Positions 1 through 9,600 of a stretch of DNA of 64,000 nt are shown here, piece after piece (within the stretch, counting starts at the first letter, position 1; each line of letters opens with the position of its first letter). Origin of the DNA: Bacteroidaceae bacterium (GTDB lineage: Bacteria; Bacteroidota; Bacteroidia; Bacteroidales; Bacteroidaceae). The stretch covers positions 8,759-72,758 of the forward strand of contig JAGASY010000008.1 in the NCBI GenBank assembly GCA_017621515.1. The letters are read 5' to 3'. The position numbers and the translations under genes were made by a program. The notes beneath the pieces are model-generated. The model did no database searches. It was not told the DNA's origin and was given only the letters and a program-made list of their open reading frames with translations.

Positions 1-392
1 CGGCGAGGCACATGGTCATTACCGGTGGTGAACCGACTCTGCAACTTACGTCATCGCTTGTCGATAAGCTTCATTCCGCCGGCAAGTTCGTGCAGATAGA
101 GACAAACGGCTCTGTCGCTTTGCCGGAAGGGTGCGCGGTTGATTGGATTACCTGTTCGCCGAAAGGGCTTCCGGTGATGCTCCACAGGATAGACGAACTG
201 AAGGTGGTCTATAGAGGACAGGACATGTCGCAGTATGACAAGTTCGAGGCAAAGGAATATTATCTTCAGCCTTGCGACGTCAAAGATGAGGCGAAGAATG
301 AATGTTATACAACAGAAACTATTAATTATATAAAAAGCAATCCAAAATGGAAATTGTCGCTCCAAACGCAGAAGATATTAAAAGTGCGATAA
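1..392 (+). CDS. queE: 7-carboxy-7-deazaguanine synthase QueE (radical SAM), C-terminal part; the 5' end lies outside the window
   Basis: The frame is open to the window edge. It has the ITGGEPTLQ core and the QueE-type C-terminus NPKWKLSLQTQKILKVR, and folE follows directly. Confidence 0.8.
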   Translation, partial: ARHMVITGGEPTLQLTSSLVDKLHSAGKFVQIETNGSVALPEGCAVDWITCSPKGLPVMLHRIDELKVVYRGQDMSQYDKFEAKEYYLQPCDVKDEAKNECYTTETINYIKSNPKWKLSLQTQKILKVR

Positions 393-940
393 GGACACTG
401 CTGCTGGCGATAGGCGAGAATCCCGACCGTGAGGGGCTTGCCGAAACACCAGACCGCATCTTGCGGATGTGGAAAGAGATATTCCGGGGATATGACGAGA
501 GCCGTAAACCGACGATAACTACTTTTGAGAACGAGGAAGGAATGTCGGACATCATTTTCGACAGCGGTGACTTCTATTCCATGTGCGAACATCATGTCCT
601 TCCGTTCTTCGGACGGTATTACTTTGCGTACATACCTTCTCCCGGCGGACGCATTCTCGGCATATCGAAGGTTGCGCGCGTGGTGGGTTATTGTTCTGCC
701 CGTCTGCAGCTTCAGGAGCGTCTGGCACGCGAAGTGGTGGAGATGCTTTCTGAGGCCTTGGAAGGTGAAGCCTTAGGATTTGCCATCGTGATGAAAGGAA
801 AACATCTGTGCAAGGCTATGCGTGGAGTGCGCAATGAAGGCAACATGTGTGTGGCGCATTTCACAGGAGTGTTCAAGCAACAGGCGGAACTTCGGAATGA
901 GTTCTACAGGTTGGTTGAAATGCAGAATGATAGATTGTAG
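347..940 (+). CDS. folE: GTP cyclohydrolase I FolE
   Basis: 197 aa. N-terminal LLAIGENPDREGL, the zinc/catalytic motif SMCEHHVLPFFG, and AIVMKGKHLCKAMRGV. It overlaps the queE 3' end by 46 nt. Confidence 0.9.
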   Translation: MEIVAPNAEDIKSAIRTLLLAIGENPDREGLAETPDRILRMWKEIFRGYDESRKPTITTFENEEGMSDIIFDSGDFYSMCEHHVLPFFGRYYFAYIPSPGGRILGISKVARVVGYCSARLQLQERLAREVVEMLSEALEGEALGFAIVMKGKHLCKAMRGVRNEGNMCVAHFTGVFKQQAELRNEFYRLVEMQNDRL

Positions 941-1005
941 GTGTGTTTTCTGGGGTGTACTTGACAGAGGAATCTGTCGAATACACCTATTTATAACGAA
1001 CAATT
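938..1005. repeat. REP-like palindromic repeat (GGTGTA..GACAG / CTGTCGAATACACC) plus TATAACGAA tail
   Basis: GGTGTACTTGACAGAGGAATCTGTCGAATACACC forms a hairpin. The same family occurs at 5217, 12607, 24117, 25345, 36949, 37870, 39318, 59894 and 60950. Confidence 0.7.
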
Positions 1006-1030
1006 AAAAAAATATTTTTAAATAAAAAAA

Positions 1031-1053
1031 GAGAGCATCATAAAAATGCTCTC
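1031..1053 (+). terminator. Hairpin downstream of folE (candidate terminator)
   Basis: GAGAGCAT-cataaaa-ATGCTCTC, preceded by an A-run. There is no strong T-tract. Confidence 0.4.
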
Positions 1054-1193
1054 ATATAATCAGTTTTTAAATCTGTCTTTTAAATGTATCTTCTTTTTGT
1101 AAGTCAAAACCTATTTTCCACTCAAATACTATAATCCTTTATACTTATATTCCTTGCAAATATAGTGCAATCATCTTATACATGCAAGTTTTT

Positions 1194-1937
1194 CTATACT
1201 TTTAACCATTCATCGTCTGGTTTGGCGATTAATCTGGCATTATTTATCGCCATATCAAGTGTCAGACATGTTGATGCTCGATAAACACCATTCTCTTTCT
1301 CTATTACCAAAGCTAAATCAGCAGATGCCTTAGATGTCAAACATAATGGTAATAATAATTGTAAGCGTCCATCATAATATTGAGGAACAGCAGTTTTGTA
1401 ATTTCGTCTAATTCTTCTAATGGCATCATTTATTGTACCTTGAAGTAGAACTCCTAATTGATATTTATCCATAGCTTGTAAAGCTGCTGGGAATCTCGCT
1501 ATATTGTCATCTATAATATGATTGACATTGGTACGCAATTCCAATTTTGTGTCATATATTAAATCAGACGAATTTTCAAAGTAGTTAGCATTTTCGGGCA
1601 GACTTGTAAACTTCATCAAATCTCTGTCGCTTGCCTTACGCCATCCTAAGAAAAACCATTGGATAGATCCGGGACGTCTGTTCTTTTGACACAATGCAAA
1701 TATTTCTTCTTGATAATCAGTAACCAATCCGGTGTTGAACAATGAATATCCGTTTTGTTCTAACACTTTATTCTCTTCGTAGAGCTTTACGAATGTATGT
1801 TTTATGTAATTCTCTAATATAGGATTTTTCCCGATAGGGCTATTTTTATAATCCCAATCCTCTTTCATAGCCATAGATTTTAGCTCCTCTATAACCCCAT
1901 GAAAATCAACAAACCAAGCGTATTCAAAAAGTTTCAT
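1194..1937 (-). CDS. DUF3825 domain-containing protein
   Basis: 247 aa. The pattern WDY..SP....PIL.NY..HTF ... FNTGLVT ... WFFLGW matches my recollection of the DUF3825 family. Confidence 0.65.
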   Translation of the reverse strand: MKLFEYAWFVDFHGVIEELKSMAMKEDWDYKNSPIGKNPILENYIKHTFVKLYEENKVLEQNGYSLFNTGLVTDYQEEIFALCQKNRRPGSIQWFFLGWRKASDRDLMKFTSLPENANYFENSSDLIYDTKLELRTNVNHIIDDNIARFPAALQAMDKYQLGVLLQGTINDAIRRIRRNYKTAVPQYYDGRLQLLLPLCLTSKASADLALVIEKENGVYRASTCLTLDMAINNARLIAKPDDEWLKV

Positions 1938-1961
1938 ATTGTTTTCTTTTAAAATTATAAA

Positions 1962-4151
1962 TTATTTCATCAAAACTTTGCTGCTATAACTTTGTTGCGC
2001 TGTTTCGATGCAGACAATATATATTCCTTTGGCAAGTGGCAGGGCGATGCTGTTTGACGAAAGATTCTTCTTCAACAGCTTGTCGCCGGATGGGGAATAT
2101 AGTGTCAGCATAGGAACAGAAGATGTGGAATATGCTTCTTTATTCATTGAGACATTCAAAATGCCGTTGTCGCAGGAAAAGGAAAACGGATTGCCGTTCT
2201 CATCGTTTTCTTTAATATTTCCGATTCTGTCAACAATACTCTTGTCCGGCAGACGCATGAGAAGCCAGTTGCGGTGACCGGCTGCCACGGAAGTGCCGTA
2301 GTCCCACAGTCCTACGCGAGTACCGCTGGAATACGATTCGCTATCCAAATCGAAAGCTTTCACTCCGTCTTTTGTGGTGATTTTTACCAGATACTTCTCC
2401 ACCGGAGTGACAATGAACCACTGATTGCCTGTCTTTTGCTTCTTGGTCGTGAGATAATAGTCCGGAAGTGTACCAGTCAGTATGTCCCCATTCCGGTTCT
2501 GCAAGGTGTAGGCATCCCCGTCCTTGTGGAAAAACCATGTCTGGGCAGCGGACATGCCGGACACATCCGTCAGGTCTGTGGCACACTCTTCAATGCTCAC
2601 ATTTCCGTTGCTTGCCGAAAGACAAACATGCGCGTTATATTGCGGAACAATCATGTAGGGGACATCTTCCTCAATGGCAGTGTCCTCCTGTTTGTTGGTC
2701 TTGACCGGGATGACAAACGTGACGACGCTGAGCTTAGGCAATGTGAAGCGCAGCATATTGTTCTCCAATGTGTAGTCCTTTATCTCTTTCATGCTTTCGC
2801 TTTCAGATGTCCTTTTGCATGCGATGTCTCCGTCTGGCTGGCAGAAGATAAGATTAGCCTCGTGTGCGACAGGCTCCGAAGACGGATTGATGGCAACAAG
2901 CACAAGCGTGTCCGCATTCTCGTTGACAGCAGCCAGAGTCTGCGGATTCGATGTGGCAATGTAGGTATATCCTTGCTTGATATACTGGCTGAAGTGCATA
3001 CGCACATAGAAGTTCTTTGTGCGTTCATACGTCTGTTCGCCGAAGTTCGCTTTGACAAGTCCCCACTGGTCACTCCATTCCTCTATGTACTGCCAGTCCA
3101 TCCACGCATCCGGCATGATATATCGAATGTCGTTGATTAGTCGTTGTGCCATGTTCAGATTGCCACCAATGCCTTCGCCACCGTCGCCAGTTTCGCTCAT
3201 CCACAGCCGTTTACCCGCATCTCTTGCCATAGAGCCTATTTTGCTCTTGTCCTTGTCTGTGCCGCTGTAAGTGTGCGTGTTCCATTGTCCCACAAGGTCG
3301 AGCACTCCGGCAGACTTGTATTCTTCAAAAGCATGAATGGATTGCCAGACGTTGGTCTCGTCTGAAGCGGAAATGATTGTGTTCAGCCCCGATTCTTTGA
3401 GGATGGGAGAAAGGACTTTAAGAAATTCAATTTGTGATTTTACATCAAAATGGCATCCTTCTTGAGCACCGTTTGCATACCAGTAATCTGTCTGAGACTC
3501 GTTGAACGGTTCAAGAGTCTTGAATTCTATGCCGTATTCGTCTTTATAGTGTTTGCATACGTCAACAAGATAATGTGCAAACTCCTCATAATACTCCGGT
3601 TTCAGATTGTCCTTCAATCCATTCGTGTTCCCGGCACAGCAGCCGCTGTATGTCATATAATAAGGTGCGGAATTGCTGAAAGCCTCGAAGATGGCATCAG
3701 GACGCTTCTCTTTTATCTTCAGCATGATTTTTCGCTGTGCCTCGTCACGGCTCCACACATATTCTCCGTCCGAAGAATCCTTGAACCCTTCCATTTCCGC
3801 CCTGAGGCCTTTGCCGCCTTCTGCACCCATGTGGTGAGGAGTGCAGTTCTTGTTCTCCGGATCGTCGCCACCGCCGATGTTGTAGCGGAATATGTTGTAG
3901 TTCAGAACTTTCGGACTGGTAAGCCAGTTTACGATAGTGGTGATGCGGTTGTTCGTCCATTTGCCGCACATGTTTGCCCACCAGCACAGCGAGACACCCC
4001 AGCCCTCGTTCTTCTGACGAAGTGCTGTCGGATTCACTATGTATGAAGTTTTGTTTTCTTCCGCATTTTCATTCTGCGCATTAACCGTACATGTGTCGGC
4101 TGCTGTAGATAGCAAGACGGCAGCTATCGTACTTTTAGTAAAGATATTCAT
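1962..4151 (-). CDS. Secreted glycoside hydrolase family 30 (O-glycosyl hydrolase) with beta-trefoil/lectin-like region and T9SS C-terminal sorting domain
   Basis: 729 aa. Signal peptide, GH30-type WGVSLCWWANMCG near the N-terminus, QTWFF/NQWFIV trefoil-like repeats, and C-terminal AKGIYIVCIE...KVLMK typical of the T9SS CTD. Confidence 0.8.
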   Translation of the reverse strand: MNIFTKSTIAAVLLSTAADTCTVNAQNENAEENKTSYIVNPTALRQKNEGWGVSLCWWANMCGKWTNNRITTIVNWLTSPKVLNYNIFRYNIGGGDDPENKNCTPHHMGAEGGKGLRAEMEGFKDSSDGEYVWSRDEAQRKIMLKIKEKRPDAIFEAFSNSAPYYMTYSGCCAGNTNGLKDNLKPEYYEEFAHYLVDVCKHYKDEYGIEFKTLEPFNESQTDYWYANGAQEGCHFDVKSQIEFLKVLSPILKESGLNTIISASDETNVWQSIHAFEEYKSAGVLDLVGQWNTHTYSGTDKDKSKIGSMARDAGKRLWMSETGDGGEGIGGNLNMAQRLINDIRYIMPDAWMDWQYIEEWSDQWGLVKANFGEQTYERTKNFYVRMHFSQYIKQGYTYIATSNPQTLAAVNENADTLVLVAINPSSEPVAHEANLIFCQPDGDIACKRTSESESMKEIKDYTLENNMLRFTLPKLSVVTFVIPVKTNKQEDTAIEEDVPYMIVPQYNAHVCLSASNGNVSIEECATDLTDVSGMSAAQTWFFHKDGDAYTLQNRNGDILTGTLPDYYLTTKKQKTGNQWFIVTPVEKYLVKITTKDGVKAFDLDSESYSSGTRVGLWDYGTSVAAGHRNWLLMRLPDKSIVDRIGNIKENDENGNPFSFSCDNGILNVSMNKEAYSTSSVPMLTLYSPSGDKLLKKNLSSNSIALPLAKGIYIVCIETAQQSYSSKVLMK

Positions 4152-4339
4152 AAACTATATTCAGATAATAAGGTTTAACATTCTGTTTCTTTTTATTATA
4201 AGGCAAAGGTATATTAAAATGTGTTCTTGTCAAAATTTACCTTTGGAAATTCCTTTTCCTTCCTCTTTTTCCGCCTTTTCTTTGCATGGTAAGCCCCTGT
4301 GTTTTTTTGCGTCCCGCTTTTTTGTTGTAACTTTGGGGC

Positions 4340-5185
4340 ATGACTTTAAGGGGTTGGCTTATGAAAAAAATAGGGCTGAAGCGTTTTCTGAACAAAGAAA
4401 ACCTGTATAGAATCATATTCGAGTCGGACACATGGGGAGGAAAAGCCTTCGATGTGGCGGTGATGCTTGCCATCATACTCAGCATCTTGGTGGCTTTTGT
4501 CGAAAGTATGCCTTTCGTGGCAGGTCATTATAAACTTGCCCTTGAGGTTCTGGAGTATGTGCTCACCTTCTTCTTTACGGTGGAATATGTGCTCCGCATC
4601 TATTGTTCACCGCGTCCGCGCACCTACGTGCTGAGTTTCTTCGGCATTATTGACTTGTTGTCAACCTTGCCCCTTTATCTCTCTTTCTTCCTGCCCGCTA
4701 CTCGCTACATGCTACTGTTGCGCTCGTTCAGGCTCATACGTGTATTCCGTGTGTTCAAGTTGTTCGCCTTTATCAACGAAGGCTATCTACTGCTGTACTC
4801 CATCAGGAGAAGTCTGAACAAAATCTTGGTGTATTTCCTGTTTGTCATTGTCCTTGTGATAGCTATCGGCACGCTGATGTTCATGATAGAAGGAAGCATT
4901 CCGGGCTCGCATTTCACGGATATTCCTACAAGTATCTACTGGGCAATAGTCACTCTGACGACTGTCGGCTACGGTGACATCACCCCAGTCACTCCTTTGG
5001 GACGTTTCCTCTCCGCTGTGGTCATGATTCTTGGCTATACCATCATTGCCGTTCCCACAGGAATCGTCTCTGCTACAATGATTGACGAAACAAAGAAGAA
5101 AGGCAAGGATGGGAAATGTCCGCGCTGCAATCAGAATACAGACTTGGATGCAAATTATTGCAAATATTGTGGTGAGAGGTTGTAG
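4340..5185 (+). CDS. Voltage-gated-type potassium channel (ion transport protein) with C-terminal zinc-ribbon
   Basis: S1-S6 hydrophobic segments, an S4-like LRSFRLIRVFRVFK, the K+ selectivity filter TTVGYGD, and a CPRC...CKYC tail. An alternative start at 4361 (MKKIG) is plausible. Confidence 0.85.
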   Translation: MTLRGWLMKKIGLKRFLNKENLYRIIFESDTWGGKAFDVAVMLAIILSILVAFVESMPFVAGHYKLALEVLEYVLTFFFTVEYVLRIYCSPRPRTYVLSFFGIIDLLSTLPLYLSFFLPATRYMLLLRSFRLIRVFRVFKLFAFINEGYLLLYSIRRSLNKILVYFLFVIVLVIAIGTLMFMIEGSIPGSHFTDIPTSIYWAIVTLTTVGYGDITPVTPLGRFLSAVVMILGYTIIAVPTGIVSATMIDETKKKGKDGKCPRCNQNTDLDANYCKYCGERL

Positions 5186-5216
5186 GGCGAGCTTTTAGAA
5201 ACTTTATTTTATTTAT

Positions 5217-5250
5217 GGTGTAGGTGTATTCGCAGACTGCTCTGTTGCTT
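5217..5250. repeat. REP-like half-site (GGTGTAGGTGTATTCGCAGACTGCTC)
   Basis: Same family as 36949-37012. It lies 38 bp outside the left end of element copy A. Confidence 0.6.
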
Positions 5251-5280
5251 AAACATTCTAAAAATTCGACTTTTTCAATT

Positions 5281-6024
5281 TGACAAAATGATATTTTCGC
5301 TCAAAATGAAAATTTAACACTTCGAGCGATTTTATGCTGAGAAAGAAGAGATAAAAATTTTAGCTTAAAGATATTTAATTGATAATCAGCTAAATACAAA
5401 AATCTTCGAAACGCTCAAAAAAACGCACCGGATGCAATTTTTCGAGAATTTTGAATATTCTGATAATCTATTGATTATTAATATTTTACAATCAAAAACA
5501 TCATTTTCGCTCTCAAATGCCCTCAAAAATTCACTCGCTTTTAAGATTCTGTTCAGACTCATTGCCAAAGCAGTAAATTATACACTTCTTAATACTCCAA
5601 GCGGAGCAAACTGTCTTTTTCTCCGCTTCCCACTGTTTTTTTTCTTTGCAGCGCGCTGTTTTTATTTTTTCAGCGCACAGTGCAGAAAACTGTAGCGCAC
5701 AGGAAATAAAATTACAGTGCGCTGTGGAGAAAAAAACTGTGCGCTGAAAATTTGAAAACTTAGTACTTTTTTTCCGAGAACTCTTCGCTTAGGATAAATA
5801 AATGTAAAAGAACTGTTCCAAAACGAAACACAATTTCACATTTTGCAGAGCCTTTAGAAAATGCGTGTAGAATCCCCGTTCTTCGAGAAAAGTTCGTCGC
5901 GCTTCATTTTGACGCGTGCCAGAGGACTTGGAATTTTAACATTTGGCAAAATCAAAAGGATGGTGTTTTGGGCGTAAATTTGGCAAAATGAAATAAAATG
6001 GCTAATTATGTTGTTATTTTGCCA
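5281..6024 (+). repeat. Copy A of the 742-744 bp ORF-less modular element (MITE-like or noncoding RNA/operator module)
   Basis: Collinear with 12905-13646 and, as reverse complement, with 23333-24074, 37085-37828 and 60174-60917. The left end is TGACAAAATGATA and the right end is a degenerate inverted copy. The CAGCGCRC array lies at 5649-5746. No reading frame is conserved among the copies. Confidence 0.9.
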
Positions 6025-6615
6025 GAAAAATAACTTTGTTAAAATGTGCATATCAATTTTTTTTGTTATGGACACTTTTTGGGCATGTTTTTGACTGTCT
6101 ATGTGATTATGCTCCACAGGCACCTTTTGTTGTCTTTTGTGGAAGTCTTTGACTGATTTCTTCTTAAAACCCAAAAGGATTCTGTAAATACATCTAATTG
6201 AAAATAGTATGATGAATATATGAATATACCCGCTTGAACCATTCACTTTCCCAACTGACAAAATGTTAATTAAACCTACAGAAATTTGTGTTCCCTTTTA
6301 CTTTCTTTTTGTAAACAAAAACCGTTAAATTATTACATAAAACACATAAACATACACTTTTTTGCATCCTAAAGCTATGAAATTAATAAATATTCACCTA
6401 AAAATTTTGTTTGAAACATTTGTTTGCGTATTTTTGTCCTCAATTTACAAAAAGATAGTAAAACGACGCAAAATAAAATCATAAAGAAAGCGACAAATTC
6501 ATTTTTACGGCGACACTACATTTAATATCCCACCAAGTGAATCTTAATGCTTTTCTTGAGAATATGATGCTATTGCAATTTTTTAATTAATTATTTTAAA
6601 TAAAAGTTTGAGAGA

Positions 6616-9600
6616 ATGAAAAAAAGAGTATGTTTGTTCTTCGTCAGTTTGATGCTGACGCTCAGTGCAGCTCTTGCCCAAAAAACGGTGACGGGAGTTG
6701 TTATCAACAGTGATACAGGTGAGCCGGTTATTGGTGCATCAGTACTTGTTAAGGGAACTACAATCGGAAATGCTACAGATCTTGACGGACGTTTCGTCAT
6801 AGCCGGAGTGCCTGACAATGCCCAGACACTGAAGATTTCCTACATCGGAATGAAAGACACAGAAGCAACTATCAAGCCTCAGATGAAAGTCTATATGGCA
6901 CCGGCTACAAAATATATAGACGATGTGATGGTTGTGGCATACGGAACACAGAAGAAATCTTCTTTCACCGGTTCTGCTGCTGAAATAAAGGCTGAAGCAA
7001 TCGAAGATCATATTGTATCGAATGTGACCAGTGCGCTTGCAGGACAGATGGCAGGTGTGCAGATGACAAGTGCAAACGGAGACCCGGGCGACAACTCTCC
7101 GAGCATCTGCATACGTGGTATCGGTTCTATGTCGGCATCCAACTCTCCACTCTATGTGGTGGATGGAATGCCTTTCAGCGGAAGCATCGCATCTATCAAC
7201 CCTGCTGATATCGAGTCGCTCAACGTGTTGAAGGACGCTGCTGCAAGTGCTATCTATGGTGCGCGTGGTGCAAACGGTGTGGTTCTCATCACCACAAAGA
7301 AAGGACGTGCGCAGGATGCAGAGGTGAAGTTCGACGCAAGATGGGGCTCAAACTCTCGCTTTATACCTCAGTATGACGTCATCACAGACCCGGGACAGTA
7401 TATGGAGAACCACTATAAAGCCATGTACAACTCTCAGTACTATGCTGGCAAGTCCGCTGCAGAGAGCTATGCATACGCTGATGCCAACCTCTACAACAAA
7501 AACAATGGCGGTCTTGGCTATCAGATTTTCACTGTTCCGACAGGAGAGAAGCTCATTGGTTCAAACTTCAGACTTAACCCGAATGCCAAGCTCGGCTATT
7601 CGGACGGACAGTATTATTATACTCCGGATGACTGGTATGACGAGGCTTTCCACAATTCTTTCCGTCAGGAGTACAATGTCTCTTTGAGTGGAGTAAGCGA
7701 CCGTATCAACTACTATGCAAGCGTGGGTTACTTGAAGGACGGCGGTATCGTCAACAACTCTGAGTTGCAGCGTTACACTGGTCGTGTCAATGTGGACTAC
7801 AAGGCTAAGAAGTGGCTCACTGTGAACACGTCTTTGAATTATACACACACAGACACGGAGTCTCCGTCGTATGATAACACTACATACATGAGCAGCGGTA
7901 ACATATTCTATATTAGTAATACCATTGCACCAATCTATCCGCTCTATGTACGTAATGCAGACGGCAGCATCATGACTGAGAACGGACGCACCATATATGA
8001 TGCCAACCAAACTAACTTTGGTCGTCCAAGCGTGGTAGGTAATGCTATCCGTGACAATGAATATAACAAGTCACAGGGATTCCGTGACGCATTCTCAGGT
8101 AAGTGGTCGGCAAGAATCACTCCGATAGAGGGTTTGACGCTCATGGCAAACATCGGTGCAGATGTGAACAACACCCGTTCTAATACGCTCTACAGTCCTT
8201 TCGGCTCGTACAGCGTTACAGACGGAGGTGCAGCTGTGCTTACAACCCGAAGCATGGGTGTCACTAACCAGTACCTCGGACAGTATCAGAAGGAGTTCAA
8301 CAATGTGCATCATTTGGACATCACTGCCGGTTATGAGCAGTACAAATATAAGTATCAGTACTTCTACGGTTTCAACGACCACCTCTATTCACCATTCGTT
8401 GGCGAACTTGGCAACGCTGTGGGCAACGACTCTAAGAACCTGAACTCTTACACGGAGAACTACATGGTGGAAGGTTATCTGGGACGCGTACAGTATGACT
8501 ATGACGAGAAATACTTCATCAGTGCATCTTATCGTCGTGACGCTTCTTCACGTTTTGCACCGGGACACCGTTGGGGTAACTTCGGAAGTGTGGGTGCTGC
8601 ATGGCAGCTCAACAAAGAGAAGTTCATGGAGGATATTAAATGGGTGGATTTGCTCAAGTTCAAAATCAGCTACGGTGTACAAGGTAATGACAACTTCCTC
8701 TCCGGTGGCTATTCAGACTATTATCCGTATGCCGACAGATATGAAACAAGCTACAACTCTGCCACAGGCGAATATTCTATCGTTCTTGTGCAGAAAGGAA
8801 ACGACGAATTGACATGGGAGACAAGCCATTCATTCAACACTGGTTTTGACTTCACTTTGTTCAACCATCGCCTCTATGGTAGCATCGAATATTTCAGCCG
8901 TAAGACAACAGACTTGCTTTACAACAAGCCGACTCCGCTTTCTTCAGGAATCGTGACAGGCTCATTCCCTGTGAACGTAGGTTCAATTCTTAATAAAGGT
9001 GTCGAACTTACCCTCAACGGAACACTTGTAAGAACTAACGATATTCAGTGGGACATGAATTTGAACCTCACTCACTACACTAATGAGATTACGGAACTCG
9101 ACCCTTCTGTAGCAGAAAACGGTATAAAGGGTTCTTACTACATCTACCGTGTGGGCGGTTCACTCTACAACGCATACGCTTATAAGTTTGCAGGTGTTGA
9201 CAAGGAAACAGGAAAGGCACTTTACTATTATGAAGCCACAGTGCAGGATCCTAAGTTCCCGGACGACCCGACAAAGACTATCACAAAGACAGAGAAGACC
9301 GACGATTTCTCTAAGGCTTCACAGTATGACCTCGGCTCTACACTCCCGAAGGTTTATGGAGGTTTCGGAACAACTTTGAAACTGTACGGATTCGACCTTT
9401 CAGCGCAGTTCTCTTATCAACTCGGCGGTAAGATGTATGACGGTATGTACCAGACATTCATGCACAATGGTGGTGGACAAGGAACAGGTCAGAACTGGCA
9501 CAAGGACATTCTGAATGCTTGGACACCGGAAAACAAAAATACGGACGTGCCTCGTCTCAACCCGGCTGACAATATTGGAAGCCAAGCATCTATCGACCGC

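Noticed and set aside
2274-3140. 288-aa ORF antisense to the GH30 gene, plus other antisense ORFs at 3450-4046 and 2008-2277
   Set aside because: They lie entirely within, and opposite to, a strongly supported gene. They are Cys/Arg/His-rich shadow frames with no recognisable domains.
5649-5746. Possible CRISPR array, suggested by the regularly spaced short repeats
   Set aside because: The cores are only about 10 nt and occur in both orientations. The spacers are about 12 nt, A/T-rich and conserved between copies. No cas genes or leader are present. This is not CRISPR.
5386-6261. ORFs of 60-135 aa inside the repeated elements (5386-5568, 5432-5695, 5854-6261, and equivalents at 13010-13192, 13475-13657, 23257-23502, 23594-23788, 60398-60727)
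   Set aside because: The frames are not conserved between copies: different copies open different frames and strands. The composition is AT-rich and low-complexity, and I see no motifs. Only the 17-codon stretch at 5854-5907 is kept, as an open question in the findings.
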